NCBI GenBank assembly: GCA_038321985.1
Contig: JBBQFN010000006.1
Span: 32,001-96,000, forward strand
Direction: 5' to 3'
Source: Cyanophyceae cyanobacterium
GTDB taxonomy: Bacteria > Cyanobacteriota > Cyanobacteriia > Cyanobacteriales > Laspinemataceae
DNA length: 64,000 bases
The first letter of the stretch is position 1. Every line of letters begins with the position of its first letter. Positions 40,388 to 52,363 of this stretch are shown here, piece after piece. The position numbers and the translations under genes were made by a program. The notes beneath the pieces are model-generated. The model saw only the letters and a list, made by a program, of their open reading frames with translations, had not been told where the DNA came from and did not search any database.

Positions 40388-40609
40388 TTACAAGACTTCA
40401 ACCCATTTATTTCGAGAAGCAAAACCGGATTTAATCACAATGGCAGATTTGCGCACCTCGAACTTATCTGCTAACAGGTTGATTAACTCCTCATTTGCTT
40501 TGCCATCCACCGGAGGGGATTTCAGTCGAACTGTCAAACTACCATCAGGTTCTTCCGTAATCTGCTGTTGCTTAGAATTCGGTTTAACTTTGACTTGGTA
40601 TAAAGGCAT
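40388..40609 (-). CDS. DUF167/YggU family protein
   Basis: [23 protein letters not shown]. Confidence 0.92.
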   Translation of the reverse strand: MPLYQVKVKPNSKQQQITEEPDGSLTVRLKSPPVDGKANEELINLLADKFEVRKSAIVIKSGFASRNKWVEVL

Positions 40610-40611
40610 GA

Positions 40612-41052
40612 TTAAGCAACAACAGGACTATCCATGTGATCCAACGCCGATCGCGCGGCGACTAAATCATAAGGAATCCGAGGTTTCATTGGGCGATAAT
40701 CTCGAAGATTGGGGGGTCCATTTCGCCACACGGCATTCACAACGAGACAGGGTTCATTGCTGAAATTAATGGCACTATGGGGAACCCCAGGAGGAATCGT
40801 GACCACTGCCGGATAGCGATCGCTCAAGGGAATATAGCGATAGTGGCGATTCTGTAACACTACTAACACAAAACTGCCCCGTACCACCAGCAGTTGATCG
40901 GTCTGAAAACGGTGGACAAATAAATCATCACAGGCCCCCGCTTTCACCTGGACTAATATGGTTTCATGACTGGACTGAGGGGTATAAAACTCACTCATTC
41001 CAGACTGCATGGTTTCTAAAAGTCGGATTTTAACAGACTGAGTTAAACTCAT
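40612..41052 (-). CDS. RmlC-like cupin (dTDP-4-dehydrorhamnose 3,5-epimerase-like)
   Basis: FVHRFQTD and IPPGVPH cupin motifs. Confidence 0.75.
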   Translation of the reverse strand: MSLTQSVKIRLLETMQSGMSEFYTPQSSHETILVQVKAGACDDLFVHRFQTDQLLVVRGSFVLVVLQNRHYRYIPLSDRYPAVVTIPPGVPHSAINFSNEPCLVVNAVWRNGPPNLRDYRPMKPRIPYDLVAARSALDHMDSPVVA

Positions 41053-41187
41053 GGATTTTCCTACATCTGGTTTCTTATGATTCTGATTATGACGCGGCTG
41101 TTAATAAATTTTTGTAAATATCGTCACTAACTTGACAAAAATATGGTATAGAACGCTGCAAAGCACCTAAAATAACAGGAATCAGTC

Positions 41188-41415
41188 ATGACCCAAAAAC
41201 ATCCCGATCCCCAGCGTCCCTCAGATTTCACAGGATGGATTGTCCGATTTATTTGTGGGGCGATCGCTGGAATATTTATTGCCATATTCTTTTTCTGGGA
41301 TGGGATGACTGCCGGAGGTGCGATCGCCTGGAGTTTAGGATTGGGCAGCCTATTTGGGGTCTGTGCCGCCCAATGGGGCGATCGCTTTTGGCACTTCCTG
41401 GGACGATGGTTTTAA
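41188..41415 (+). CDS. Small two-TM hypothetical protein
   Basis: RFICGAIAG...WGDRFW, AGGA RBS upstream. Confidence 0.65.
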   Translation: MTQKHPDPQRPSDFTGWIVRFICGAIAGIFIAIFFFWDGMTAGGAIAWSLGLGSLFGVCAAQWGDRFWHFLGRWF

Positions 41416-41495
41416 TGAGATCTGCACCCCCGATTAAAACCCACCCAGGCAAGAGCACCTTTGCGGGTTGGGGAAATTTTCACAAAGGATAGCCC

Positions 41496-42095
41496 TTAGA
41501 CTGTCGCTAAGTCGCGATGCTCGATTTTGGTGCCTAAAACCTTAAGAAATTCCGCTAACCAGGCCCCATGAGCAGGCCAAGCGGGGGCCGTGACTAAATT
41601 TCCATCTACCATCGCCTCATCCACCGCGATCGCCACATAAATTCCCCCAGCGCGAGTAACATCTGGACCACAAGCGGGGTAAGCGGTGCAGCGTTTACCT
41701 TGCAGAACATCCGCTGCCGCCAACAATTGCAATCCGTGACAAATCGAGGCGATCGGCTTATTTTCTTGAGCAAAATGACGAGTAATTTCCAAAACCCGCT
41801 CATTAAGCCGAATATATTCCGGCGCACGTCCACCGGGTACGACTAAAGCATCATAGCTCGCCGGATCCACGTCAGCAAACGTCGCATTAAGGGCGAAATT
41901 GTGACCCGGTTTTTCACTGTAAGTTTGGTCCCCTTCAAAATCGTGAATGGCGGTACGAACCTTGTCCCCGGCAGTCTTATCCGGGCAGACTGCATGAACC
42001 GTATGGCCCACCATTTGCAACGCTTGAAATGGCACCATCACCTCATAATCTTCCACATAATCGCCCACCAGCATTAAAATCCGCTTTCCAGTCAT
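41496..42095 (-). CDS. DJ-1/PfpI family protein
   Basis: [25 protein letters not shown]. Confidence 0.95.
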   Translation of the reverse strand: MTGKRILMLVGDYVEDYEVMVPFQALQMVGHTVHAVCPDKTAGDKVRTAIHDFEGDQTYSEKPGHNFALNATFADVDPASYDALVVPGGRAPEYIRLNERVLEITRHFAQENKPIASICHGLQLLAAADVLQGKRCTAYPACGPDVTRAGGIYVAIAVDEAMVDGNLVTAPAWPAHGAWLAEFLKVLGTKIEHRDLATV

Positions 42096-42127
42096 GTTTT
42101 GGACTCCTACCCCAGGTTTAAGATAAA

Positions 42128-42175
42128 AAAATGAAGCAAAGCTGGCTTTCTACTGTGTCAGCTTTGCTTCATTTT
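42128..42175 (-). terminator. Long hairpin downstream of petN
   Basis: AAAATGAAGCAAAGCTG pairs with CAGCTTTGCTTCATTTT (17 bp). The A-run gives a U-tail on the minus strand. Confidence 0.75.
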
Positions 42176-42245
42176 GACATCATCCCTGCCGTAATCAGAG
42201 GATGGTTGGGATTAGATCCCGGAGTCTAGGGTAGCCAGAACTAGC

Positions 42246-42335
42246 CTAGAAACCGTTGCGACCCCAAATGACCATTGCGATAGAAAAAGTAAAAACACCT
42301 ACAAAAGCAGCCCAACCCACAGTCAGAATATCCAT
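42246..42335 (-). CDS. petN: Cytochrome b6f subunit PetN (absent from ORF track)
   Basis: Translates to [29 protein letters not shown] (29 aa). Confidence 0.96.
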   Translation of the reverse strand: MDILTVGWAAFVGVFTFSIAMVIWGRNGF

Positions 42336-43417
42336 AGTCTTAATTTCGCAAGTCAAAGATAACGAACAATTTCAAATTTCAATCATACGTTAAAGCGGGA
42401 CATAATCGACTGTAAGCCCTAGGATGCGGGTTAGGGTTTTTAGGAGTTTCTGTGGGGCGATCGCGTTCCCTCATCAATTAAAGAGCCTTTGTACCGGGTT
42501 CATCTGCTGCCCCGATTGGCTGATCAAGCAGGACTCTAGGGGCAGATTATTGATAAAAGGAGGGACTGTTTGATCAGCTAAACCAGGCAACTCCCTACTC
42601 CCGGCGATCGGGCAACTCAATTATCCGGACTCCGGTTATTATTCACTTAGCCTATTTTATCAATTGGATGACCCTACTAGCCGACCCGGTAAAACTTCGT
42701 TCTGAATAGGCATTTTCCTTCCCAGATAGCTCGTGTTGCAGCAATTGGACAATAATGTAGCGCAGATTTGCTTGAATCCCCTTACCCAAATGAATCCGGA
42801 ATATCTACCTTCCTCTAACTTATGCTGACCTTCAAGTTCAAAAATGGCAGTATCTGCTCTTCCTCTTCCGGTAAGGCAAAGTAAATGTTGCCAATTATTT
42901 TTAAAATCCTCTATTTTATTTATAGGTCTTATTTTTAGAGGTTTTAGTAAATAGATAAAATTTATGATCTGCTTAAATTTAGGTAAAAAGCTAAAGGGTC
43001 AGAACCACAGAGCCAAAATATTAGATTTAAAGCCCTAAGTATCAGAAAATTTTATGATTTTAATAAGTAAAATAATTAATTAATTTAATAACGGTTATAA
43101 TTTCAGGTTAGGAAATTACTTCAATCTTCACCATGGGAGAGGTTAGAAAGAATTTAAAGACCCTTGAAAACAAGAGAGGATAGCAGCGTAGAATTGAAGA
43201 GGGAAGTTAGTCCTCCCCAACAACCTGAGTCGAAAAGGATGCCCACGGCATCATCGATAACAGGAGGTACAGGGGGGAGGTTATTCCTTTATAGAGAGGG
43301 AAAATAGGTATAAGTAACTTGGTCTAATTTAACTTATCCGGTTTACAGTAAATAGTGAAGCCTCAAGCGGAACGAGATTTATCGTCATGGAAAGAGTAAG
43401 TAACTGGAGCGCAACCG

Positions 43418-44143
43418 ATGAAAACCATTTTGGTGATTGAAGATGAACAGGCCGTCTTGACTAATATCTTGGAAATCCTTGAAGGAGGAGGCTTTAAGGC
43501 CATTGGCGCGGAACATGGACTGATTGGGATAGAAAAAGCCAAGAAATATTTCCCCGATTTGATTCTGTGCGATGTTATGATGCCTGGACTGGATGGACAT
43601 GGGGTCTTAACTCAACTGAGAGAGTCACCCCCAACGGCGACGATTCCGTTTATTTTTCTGACCGCCAAAGCGGATCATGCGGATTTGCGCCAAGGCATGA
43701 ATTTAGGAGCTGATGATTATATCACAAAACCATTCCGGCGCAAAGATTTGTTGGAAGCGATTAATACTCGTCTGAATAAACAAGCAACGGTGATGCAGCA
43801 GTATGCAACTGAGCGTCAGCGAGCCGAAGGATTGCAAGCTAAAATGTATGAGCTGGAAGAACTCAGCCAGACCAAAGATGGCCTGTTAAAGAAATTAGTG
43901 GAAGATCTACGCAATCCGCTATCCAAGATTAATTTGGCGATTCATATGCTGAAGAATACACCGGCTGGAACATCTACAGAACGGTATCTGGAGATTTTGC
44001 AGGAAGAATTCGAGCGGGAAATTCATCTGATTAATCAAGTATCGGAGTTACAAGATTTATTAACAGCAGATAACTTTACCCTGTTACGGAAGTTCAACCT
44101 ATTGGGAGGCAATTTAGAAAACCCGCCTAACAAACGCTACTAA
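43418..44143 (+). CDS. Response regulator: REC plus degenerate HisKA-like helical domain
   Basis: IEDE, CDVMMP, TKPF. C-terminal EDLRNPL lacks the His, and there is no HATPase. Confidence 0.9.
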   Translation: MKTILVIEDEQAVLTNILEILEGGGFKAIGAEHGLIGIEKAKKYFPDLILCDVMMPGLDGHGVLTQLRESPPTATIPFIFLTAKADHADLRQGMNLGADDYITKPFRRKDLLEAINTRLNKQATVMQQYATERQRAEGLQAKMYELEELSQTKDGLLKKLVEDLRNPLSKINLAIHMLKNTPAGTSTERYLEILQEEFEREIHLINQVSELQDLLTADNFTLLRKFNLLGGNLENPPNKRY

Positions 44144-44316
44144 TCTCTGCCGTAGAGGGAGCCATCAGGACTAAATTATCCCCATGGGAAATTTTCGTTC
44201 CCAAATCTGGGAAAATTTAATCAAAAGCATGATCGGCATTGTCCAAGGTGTCGCCACCGCATCGCAAACCAAGACTCTCCCAAAATGCAGGATGTTAAAG
44301 CTCTAATGAATGGGTT

Positions 44317-46119
44317 ATGAAAAAAATTTTAGTGATTGAGGACGAAGAATTAGTCCGTAACAACATTCTTGAAATTCTGGATACGGTGGATTTTAGGGTG
44401 ATTGGAGCGGAAAACGGGGGTATCGGGGTCCAACTGGCACAGGAACAGCTACCGGACCTGATTTTATGTGATGTGATGATGCCTGAGTTAGATGGGTATG
44501 AAGTCCTGGCAGCACTGCGAAAAAATCCGGTAACCGCGACGATTCCATTTATTTTTTTAACGGCAAAAGGCGAGAAAACGGATATTCGTCAAGGGATGAA
44601 TTTGGGCGCGGATGACTATTTGACTAAACCATTTCGCCGCAAAGAATTACTGGGGGCGATCGACGCAAGGCTGATCAAACATGATACTTTATATCAAGGT
44701 TACGGTCGGGAACACAGCCGAGCGATCGCCCCCAGGGAGGAAGTGGAGTCTGAGCGGAATGAGGCGATCTATTATGATGGCTTAACGAATTTACCGAATC
44801 AACTGTTAGTCCGAGAGCAGTTTGAACTCTTGCACGATCGCATCCGTAGAGAAGGCGGCACTATCTCAGTTTTGTCCATTGGGTTGGACCGATTTAAGCG
44901 GATTAATAAGACCCTCGGCCATGACTTTGGCGATCGCCTCTTGATCCAAGTTGCCCAGAGATTGAGCCGCTCGGTTGGTCCAGAGAATATTGTAGCGCGA
45001 TTGCATACAGACCAATTTGTGATCGTCCTGGTATCGGGTTCCCACAACCGCGATCGGTCAAGTTCCCCAGAGGCTCCAGAAGCTCCCCCAAATGTGAACA
45101 GTTTAGGAATAATCGAGGCAGTCGCTCAACCCATTTTAAACCGACTTACCCAACCCTTTTATTTAGAAAAACGCGAAATCTTTATTACTGCTAGCATTGG
45201 TATTAGTAGTTTTCCCCAGGACGGGGAAGATGTGGACCAATTGATGAAAAATGCGGGGGTTGCCATGTCCTACGCCAAACAATTGGGGGGCAATCAATAT
45301 CAATGTTACACCCCTACGCTACAAAGTGAATCCCTGGATGACCTCACCCTAGAAACTAGCCTGCGCTATGCCTTAGAACGGCATGAATTGGAATTGTATT
45401 ATCAGCCCATTGTCGGGCTAAAGAACGGTAAAATCGTCGGGGCTGAAGCCTTGATTCGCTGGCAACACCCTCAACAAGGGATGATTTCTCCGGTCAAATT
45501 TATCCCCTTGGCGGAACAAACTGGCTTAATTGCCCCGATCGGGGAATGGGTACTCCAAACTGCCTGTCAACAAACCAAACGTTGGCAAACCGAGGGTTTA
45601 CCTCGGGTGCGAGTTGCGGTTAACCTTTCAGTTCGCCAGTTTAATCAAATCGACCTCAGCGAACGGTTAGTGCGGATTTTAGAGGAAAGTGGACTCGACC
45701 CTAGTTATTTAGAATTAGAACTCACGGAAAGTATTTTAGTTCAAAATATTGCCCTGACTATTGCTAAATTGAATGAATTAAAATCAATGGGGGTTAAAAT
45801 TTCTCTTGATGATTTTGGCACGGGTTATTCTTCTTTAAGTTATTTGCAACAATTTCCCTTTGATTTGTTAAAAATAGACCGATGTTTTGTTCAAAATATT
45901 AATACCAATCCTACCAACGCAGCTTTAACCCAAGCCATTATTCAAATGGCACACTCTTTGAATTTAAAAGTGATTGCAGAAGGAGTGGAAACCCGAGAAG
46001 AGTTGGCAGTTTTGTATGAAAATAAATGTGATAATATTCAGGGTTATTTATTCAGTCGTCCGGTGAAAGCAGAAGAATTTAAACGAATGCTTGAAGAAGG
46101 TAAGCAGTTGGAAAATTAA
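44317..46119 (+). CDS. REC-GGDEF(degenerate)-EAL protein, probable c-di-GMP phosphodiesterase
   Basis: REC, DGLTNLPN, RLHTDQF in place of GGDEF, intact EAL, ELTE, DDFGTGYSSL, EGVE, QG. Confidence 0.93.
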   Translation: MKKILVIEDEELVRNNILEILDTVDFRVIGAENGGIGVQLAQEQLPDLILCDVMMPELDGYEVLAALRKNPVTATIPFIFLTAKGEKTDIRQGMNLGADDYLTKPFRRKELLGAIDARLIKHDTLYQGYGREHSRAIAPREEVESERNEAIYYDGLTNLPNQLLVREQFELLHDRIRREGGTISVLSIGLDRFKRINKTLGHDFGDRLLIQVAQRLSRSVGPENIVARLHTDQFVIVLVSGSHNRDRSSSPEAPEAPPNVNSLGIIEAVAQPILNRLTQPFYLEKREIFITASIGISSFPQDGEDVDQLMKNAGVAMSYAKQLGGNQYQCYTPTLQSESLDDLTLETSLRYALERHELELYYQPIVGLKNGKIVGAEALIRWQHPQQGMISPVKFIPLAEQTGLIAPIGEWVLQTACQQTKRWQTEGLPRVRVAVNLSVRQFNQIDLSERLVRILEESGLDPSYLELELTESILVQNIALTIAKLNELKSMGVKISLDDFGTGYSSLSYLQQFPFDLLKIDRCFVQNINTNPTNAALTQAIIQMAHSLNLKVIAEGVETREELAVLYENKCDNIQGYLFSRPVKAEEFKRMLEEGKQLEN

Positions 46120-46332
46120 CCTCAAAACCCACGTCATTTGTCAGATTAGTAGCGACCAATGGCAAGGTTTTGCCGGGGTTAAGCAAGAAGAGAAATGAGG
46201 TATTTCTACAGGTGTAGGTTTAAAACCCGTGTGGTTTAGTAGACTTATTTAGGCGGTAATCCATCCTGAAACGGAAGAATTTAAAACCTGTGGTTGCGCG
46301 AAAACAAACCAACTTTGCAAAATTACCTAAAC

Positions 46333-49300
46333 ATGAGCGATCGCCTAAACTTCCGATTGAATCAATGCCTGGACTGCCACCCGCTGAAAGTTGCACGCAA
46401 TCTCCCTCTAAAAAGCGCGATCGCCTTGATGAACCGATCGCGATCAAGCTATGTTTTAGTTGTAGAACCGTCTCAATCCCACCGGGCAGAAACAATCTGT
46501 GGTATCTTTACCGAGGCGAATTTAGTTAACTGGGCTGCGGCTGGAATGTCCGCAGAATCGGTGACTGTTTCCGAAGTGATGACGGAAAATATAATCCCCC
46601 TAAGTGGGGCTGACCTCATCGACCGCTTGGCCCTCTTTTCCTATATAGAAGCGCATCAAATTCGCTATTTGCCCATCCAGGATAGTCAAGGAAAACTACT
46701 CGGAGTGGTCACCGATGATAGCCTTTGCCAAGGGCTACAACCCAGGGATTTTAGAGAACCTCAACTTGCCCAGCAGAGGATGAGTCAGGCGATCGCCACC
46801 GCTGACCCCACGGCCTCTATCCTAGAATTAATCAAACAAATGGCAGCCCAGGGTAGTAGTTCTGTGGTGATTTGTCAAAACCAAGAACTCACGGATTTGA
46901 GCCGAAAATTCACCCTTGAAAAATTCAATCCTCCCCTCCCCATTGGCATCATCACCGCCCGGGATATTGTCCAATATCATGGCTTGGGATTAGACCTTGC
47001 CAATACTCCCGCCTCCCAGGTGATGAGTCAACCTTTATTAGTCGGAAACCCCCACGATTCCCTCCAACATATTCACCACCAAATGCAAGAGGTTTGGGTA
47101 CGACATTGGGTGATTGTCACAGCAGGACGAGAATTAGTTGGAATGGTTACTCCCAGGGAGATTCTGCAAGGATGGAGTGGGAGCAAAATTCCCGATGCAA
47201 ATCAGGCGCTGAATGGGAACGGCACTGAGATTCCCAACCAACCGCGACTCGTGAGTAATTCTGAACAGGAAGGGACACCGAGAAAGAATCACCGGGAAGC
47301 ACAGGGATGGGAAATAGCCTTTCGGCAGGAGAGCGCTTTTTCTAACCTAGCCTTACAACAGGTATTGGAACAACAGCAAACCGAGATTTTTCAGCGGCAA
47401 TTGGCGCAAAAATTACTGCAATTTAGTGAGGAACGATTCCGTCAGCTTGCTGAAACCATTGAGCAAGTATTCTGGCTCGTTTCAAGTGACCTTAAGCAGT
47501 TGATTTATATGAGTCCTGCCTTTGAGAAGGTGTGGGGAATTTCCCGAGACACTTTAGAGAAAAAGGAGGGAGAGGAATCGAGGAATTATCTCAAAATTCT
47601 GGAAGAGAGTATCTATCGGGAAGATTGGCGACCCGCTTGGGAGAATTGGCCCCAGCACGTGCTGAGTGAGGGGAAACTGGAGTATCGGATTGTCCAGCCA
47701 GATGGAACCGTGCGCTGGGTGCTTTCTCGGGGATTTCCGGTTTATAACGAGGAGGGAGAGGTTTACCGAATAGCGGGGATAACCACGGATATTACCGATC
47801 GCAAACAGGCAGAAATCGCGCGACGAGAGAGTGAAGATCGGTATCGTCAGTTAGTGGAAACGACCACGGATTGGGTGTGGGAGATGGATGCACAGGGGCG
47901 ATACACCTATAGCAGTCCCAGAATTCAGGATATTTTAGGGTATGAACCGACCGAGGCGATCGGGAAAAGTCTGGACACTTTGATGGTGCCAGAATGGGCG
48001 GATTCAGGACTCCACTGGATTGCAGAACTCGCCGCCAACCCGGAACCGTTTAGCTGCAAGGAACGGATGAATCTCCACAAGGAGGGCCGAGTGGTGGTGT
48101 TAGAAAGCAGTGGCGTACCGATTTTTGATGAAATGGGGAAGTTGATCGGGTATCGGGGAATTGATCGGGATATTACAGCGAGAAAGGAAGCAGAAGCGGC
48201 CCTGCAACAGATTAATCAAGAGTTGGAACAGCGGGTTCAAGTGCAAACTGCGGAACTGCGCGAGTTAATTGGGCAGTTGCAAGGGGAAATTGCTCGTCGT
48301 CAGGAGGTCGAATCGGCCCTCAGACAGAGTGAGGAACGCTTGGAGAGCATTTTGGGTTCCTTAAATGATGTGGTGTGGTCCGCTTCGGCACAGACTCGGG
48401 AATTGTTGTATTTGAATCCGGCTTTTGAGAGAATTTATGGACGGTCTCGCCAGGAGTTTTTTAAGAATCCAGAGTTGTGGCGTCAGGTGGTGCATCCAGA
48501 CGATCGCTCTCGGGTGACTCAGTTTTGGGAGGCGCTACTGTTGCAAGGGTCTCAGGATCTAGAGTACCGGATTCTGAGACCGAATGGGGAGGTCCGATGG
48601 TTGGAGGACCGCGCTCATTTGCTTTATGATCCGACTCGCCAAGGATTCCGGATGGATGGGGTGGCGCGGGATATTACGGAACGCAAACAAGCAGAAGTGG
48701 CGATCGCCCTTTCGGAAAGGCGGTTTCATGCCATTTTTGACCAAACCTTCCAATTTATGGCCTTGTTAAGTCCCGAGGGTATCATTCTGGAAATGAACCA
48801 GACGGCACTTGAGGTGTGGGGGCTGGCGGGGAAGAATGCGATCGGGCGGCCGTTTTGGGAATGTCCCTGTTGGCAGCCCATGGATCCGAAGGAACCGGGG
48901 GAGAGTTCAGGGGACTGTGAGGAAGATCACGATTGCTGTTCGATTCATGGGGCCAATCGCTTTCGAGGGGCGATCGCCACGGCAGCAGCAGGACAATTGT
49001 GGCGGGATGAAGTGGCAATTTTCGGACCCCAAAAGCAGCCGGTGACAATTGATGTTTCTATTAAGCCGGTTCGAGATCAAGGCGATCGGGTGATTCAGTT
49101 GATAGCAGAAGGTCGAGATATTAGCGATCGCAAGCGCCTAGAAACGGAAATTTCGGAGAGAGAACAACTGCTAAATTCTTTCTTTAAAGCCAGTTCTAGC
49201 GTTTCTCTGGGACTAGGAATTGTAGATGATCAGATGCGGTTTATCCAAGTCAACGAAGCCCTTGCCGAAATTCATGGCCTATCTCCTTTGGACCATATCG

Positions 49301-50598
49301 GTAAAACCACTCCTGAAATCATGCCCGATGTCAGCCACCAAGTTCAATTCTTAATCGAAGAATTATTAAAATCCGGGACCCCCATCCTCAACTTAGAGGT
49401 TTCCAGCGAAAAGCCTTCTAAACCGGGGGTACTCCATCATTGGCTGACTTGTTACTTTCCGGTTCCCCTTAAAAATGGTCGGGCGCGAGGGGTGGGGTTT
49501 ATCGTCCTCGATATTACTCAGCGCAAAACAGCCGAACAAGCCCTGCGCCAGATTCAAGAACGGCTAGAATATTTGCTGTGTACTAATCCCACGATTATTT
49601 ATAGTTGTAAGCCAACCGGAGACTATGCCTTGACCTTTATCAGTCAAAATATCCTGCGCCAGTTTGGTTACGAGGCGCAGCAACTGTTAGATAATCCCAA
49701 CCTGTGGTTTGAGTGCATCCATCCCGACGATGCCAAACGTCTTTTTGCTCACATCTTTCGTCTGCAAGAACGCACCCAAGAGATTTATGAATATCGAGTG
49801 AGACACCAAAACTGCAGCTACCGTTGGGTACGAGATGAAAGGCGTCTGGTTTGCGATCGCGAGGGCAATCCCTTAGAAATAGTCGGTTCCATGTATGATA
49901 TAACCGAGCAGAAAAAAGCCCTCGGACAACTTAAAGCATCCTTGCAAGAGAAAGAGGTCTTGCTTAAAGAAATTCACCATCGGGTAAAAAATAACTTGCA
50001 AGTTATTTCCAGTTTGCTTAACCTGCAATCGCGAGGCATTCAGGATGAAGAAACCCGAATCTTATTTCAAGATAGCCAAAATAGGATTCAATCAATCGCT
50101 TTCATCCATGAAAAATTGTATCAGTCGCGGGACCTTGCTCAGGTGGATTTTTCTCAATATATTCAAACTTTATGTATCCATTTATTTCGCTCTTATGGAA
50201 CAAGTCCGCAACGAATTAGCCTCAACCTTGAAATTGATGATATCTTCCTCAGTGTAGATACGGCTATCCCCTGTGGTTTGATTGTGAATGAGTTGGTCTG
50301 TAATGCACTCAAACATGGGTTTTCCCCGAAGGGAACGGGGGCGATCGAGATTGGACTCCATCGCACCTTTCAGGAGGCGGATGAGGGAAAACGCGAACTT
50401 GTGATGAGGGTTCGAGACAATGGGATAGGTTTTCCCGCCGAGGTAGACTTTCGGAAAACTCGCTCGTTGGGGATGCAGTTGATCAATACTTTAGTCAAAC
50501 AACTCAAAGGAACCATTGAGTTAAACCGGAATAGTGGCACTGCATTTGAAATTGTCTTTTCAGCCAAACATCATGTTGGAGATGAAAGACATGAGTAA
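46333..50598 (+). CDS. CBS and multi-PAS sensor histidine kinase (HisKA_2 type)
   Basis: N-terminal CBS pairs, about six PAS/PAC units, [31 protein letters not shown] at 46333. Confidence 0.93.
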   Translation: MSDRLNFRLNQCLDCHPLKVARNLPLKSAIALMNRSRSSYVLVVEPSQSHRAETICGIFTEANLVNWAAAGMSAESVTVSEVMTENIIPLSGADLIDRLALFSYIEAHQIRYLPIQDSQGKLLGVVTDDSLCQGLQPRDFREPQLAQQRMSQAIATADPTASILELIKQMAAQGSSSVVICQNQELTDLSRKFTLEKFNPPLPIGIITARDIVQYHGLGLDLANTPASQVMSQPLLVGNPHDSLQHIHHQMQEVWVRHWVIVTAGRELVGMVTPREILQGWSGSKIPDANQALNGNGTEIPNQPRLVSNSEQEGTPRKNHREAQGWEIAFRQESAFSNLALQQVLEQQQTEIFQRQLAQKLLQFSEERFRQLAETIEQVFWLVSSDLKQLIYMSPAFEKVWGISRDTLEKKEGEESRNYLKILEESIYREDWRPAWENWPQHVLSEGKLEYRIVQPDGTVRWVLSRGFPVYNEEGEVYRIAGITTDITDRKQAEIARRESEDRYRQLVETTTDWVWEMDAQGRYTYSSPRIQDILGYEPTEAIGKSLDTLMVPEWADSGLHWIAELAANPEPFSCKERMNLHKEGRVVVLESSGVPIFDEMGKLIGYRGIDRDITARKEAEAALQQINQELEQRVQVQTAELRELIGQLQGEIARRQEVESALRQSEERLESILGSLNDVVWSASAQTRELLYLNPAFERIYGRSRQEFFKNPELWRQVVHPDDRSRVTQFWEALLLQGSQDLEYRILRPNGEVRWLEDRAHLLYDPTRQGFRMDGVARDITERKQAEVAIALSERRFHAIFDQTFQFMALLSPEGIILEMNQTALEVWGLAGKNAIGRPFWECPCWQPMDPKEPGESSGDCEEDHDCCSIHGANRFRGAIATAAAGQLWRDEVAIFGPQKQPVTIDVSIKPVRDQGDRVIQLIAEGRDISDRKRLETEISEREQLLNSFFKASSSVSLGLGIVDDQMRFIQVNEALAEIHGLSPLDHIGKTTPEIMPDVSHQVQFLIEELLKSGTPILNLEVSSEKPSKPGVLHHWLTCYFPVPLKNGRARGVGFIVLDITQRKTAEQALRQIQERLEYLLCTNPTIIYSCKPTGDYALTFISQNILRQFGYEAQQLLDNPNLWFECIHPDDAKRLFAHIFRLQERTQEIYEYRVRHQNCSYRWVRDERRLVCDREGNPLEIVGSMYDITEQKKALGQLKASLQEKEVLLKEIHHRVKNNLQVISSLLNLQSRGIQDEETRILFQDSQNRIQSIAFIHEKLYQSRDLAQVDFSQYIQTLCIHLFRSYGTSPQRISLNLEIDDIFLSVDTAIPCGLIVNELVCNALKHGFSPKGTGAIEIGLHRTFQEADEGKRELVMRVRDNGIGFPAEVDFRKTRSLGMQLINTLVKQLKGTIELNRNSGTAFEIVFSAKHHVGDERHE

Positions 50599-52207
50599 CG
50601 AGAAAATTTTAGTGGTAGAAGATGAAGGAATCGTCGCCTTGGATGTCCAAACAATTTTAGAAGATTTGGGATATCAGGTGCCGGTAGCCGTTGCTTCCGG
50701 AGAGGAAGCCATTCAAGCCGCAGCGGATATCCATCCGGATTTAGTCTTGATGGATATTCATTTGGAAGGCAGCATTGATGGGGTGACAGCAGCAGAACAA
50801 ATCCGCGATCGCTTTAATATTCCCGTTGTGTATCTAACAGCTTATAGTGATGAAGATACTTTACAACGGGCTAAACTGACCACCCCTTTTGGGTATTTAA
50901 TTAAACCTTTAGAACCCCGGAGTTTAAAGTCTACGATTGACATGGCAATTTATCGTCATCAAATCGAACAAGAATTAAAACAAAGTAAAGAGTGGTTTGC
51001 CACCACCTTGCGTTCCATTGGGGATGCCGTCATTGCGACTGATGAAATCGGACGGATTCGGTTTATTAATCCCGTGGCAGAAAGTTTAACCGGATGGAAA
51101 CAAGCCGATGCCTTGGGAAAAAATATTGCCCAAGTTTTTCGGATTACCCATGAAATGTCAGCAGCGATCGCCCAACAGTTAGGAACCTCGGAATCCTCGG
51201 CAGACAACCTGCCTGAAACCCCCCATGAACGAGTTTTAATTGCGAAAAATGGCACAAAAATTCCCATAGATGATACCGTCGCCCCCATTGGCGGAGAAAA
51301 TGAGAAGATTATTGGGGCGGTTTATGTCTTTCGGGATATTACTTCTAAAAAAGCAACCGAAGTTTTACAAAAAGAAAGAATTCGATTACAAACTGAAATT
51401 AAAGAAAGGGCATTAGCAGAAGCAGAAATTCGCAGATTATTAGAAATAGAAAAAGAATTAAGTGAATTTAAAAGCCGATTAATTACTACAATTTCTCATG
51501 AATTTAGAACGCCAATGAGCGTTATTTTATCTTCCGCCGAATTACTCCAAGTCTATAGTGATACCTGGCCCGAAGAGCGGAAAGAAACCCATTATCATCG
51601 CATTAAAACCGCCATTGAATACATGACAGGAATGATTGAAGATGTCACCCTAGTGGGGCAAGCGGAAAGCGGGCATCTTGAATTTCAACCGCATCCAGTA
51701 GAGGTCGTTGATTTTTGTTCTCGGGCAATCGAACAGATAAAAGTCACCACCAGCGATCGCCACCAAATTAATTTAATCTCCCACACCGACAAAATTGCCG
51801 CCCTCATGGACTCTCAACTGCTGCGACAAATCCTCAGTAACTTATTCTCCAATGCCATCAAATACTCCCCCAAAGGCGGGGAAATCATCCTAGAACTCAG
51901 TACCGAATCCGTACCCGTCACAGCCACTCACCCGACCTCTTCAACCCAGGTTATCTTCCGAATTAAAGACCCCGGGATTGGAATTCCTCAACAGGACCTA
52001 CAACAACTTTTCGAGTCTTTCCAGAGAGCTACAAATGTAGGAACAATCCGAGGAACAGGATTAGGACTGGCGATCGTCAAAAAGTGTGTAGAATTACATG
52101 GAGGTCAAATCGAAATAGAAAGTGAAATTGACAGAGGCAGCACCTTTATCGTCAAAATTCCCCTACAAACTCCCTCATACGATGTCATTTTACCCGACAT
52201 AGAGTGA
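50591..52207 (+). CDS. REC-PAS-HisKA-HATPase hybrid kinase
   Basis: VEDE, MDI, PAS, SHEFRTP, NAIKYS, DPGIG, GTGLGL. The ATG overlaps the upstream stop. Confidence 0.93.
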   Translation: MSNEKILVVEDEGIVALDVQTILEDLGYQVPVAVASGEEAIQAAADIHPDLVLMDIHLEGSIDGVTAAEQIRDRFNIPVVYLTAYSDEDTLQRAKLTTPFGYLIKPLEPRSLKSTIDMAIYRHQIEQELKQSKEWFATTLRSIGDAVIATDEIGRIRFINPVAESLTGWKQADALGKNIAQVFRITHEMSAAIAQQLGTSESSADNLPETPHERVLIAKNGTKIPIDDTVAPIGGENEKIIGAVYVFRDITSKKATEVLQKERIRLQTEIKERALAEAEIRRLLEIEKELSEFKSRLITTISHEFRTPMSVILSSAELLQVYSDTWPEERKETHYHRIKTAIEYMTGMIEDVTLVGQAESGHLEFQPHPVEVVDFCSRAIEQIKVTTSDRHQINLISHTDKIAALMDSQLLRQILSNLFSNAIKYSPKGGEIILELSTESVPVTATHPTSSTQVIFRIKDPGIGIPQQDLQQLFESFQRATNVGTIRGTGLGLAIVKKCVELHGGQIEIESEIDRGSTFIVKIPLQTPSYDVILPDIE

Positions 52208-52363
52208 TAAGTAATAGAGAGGTTAGACCCTCACCGTTCTCAATCCTAATTAACTCGTTCGACTCGTTCCCCCATTCTACTTAAAAAAGCCCAAAATGAG
52301 GTCATACCTCCTGTCATAAAAAGATATTCCATCCCTCCCAAAACTCATCCCACTCACCCTTAA

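Noticed and set aside
41114..41127. GTA-N8-CAC as an NtcA site
   Set aside because: One half-site is mismatched and no TAN3T lies at the canonical spacing.
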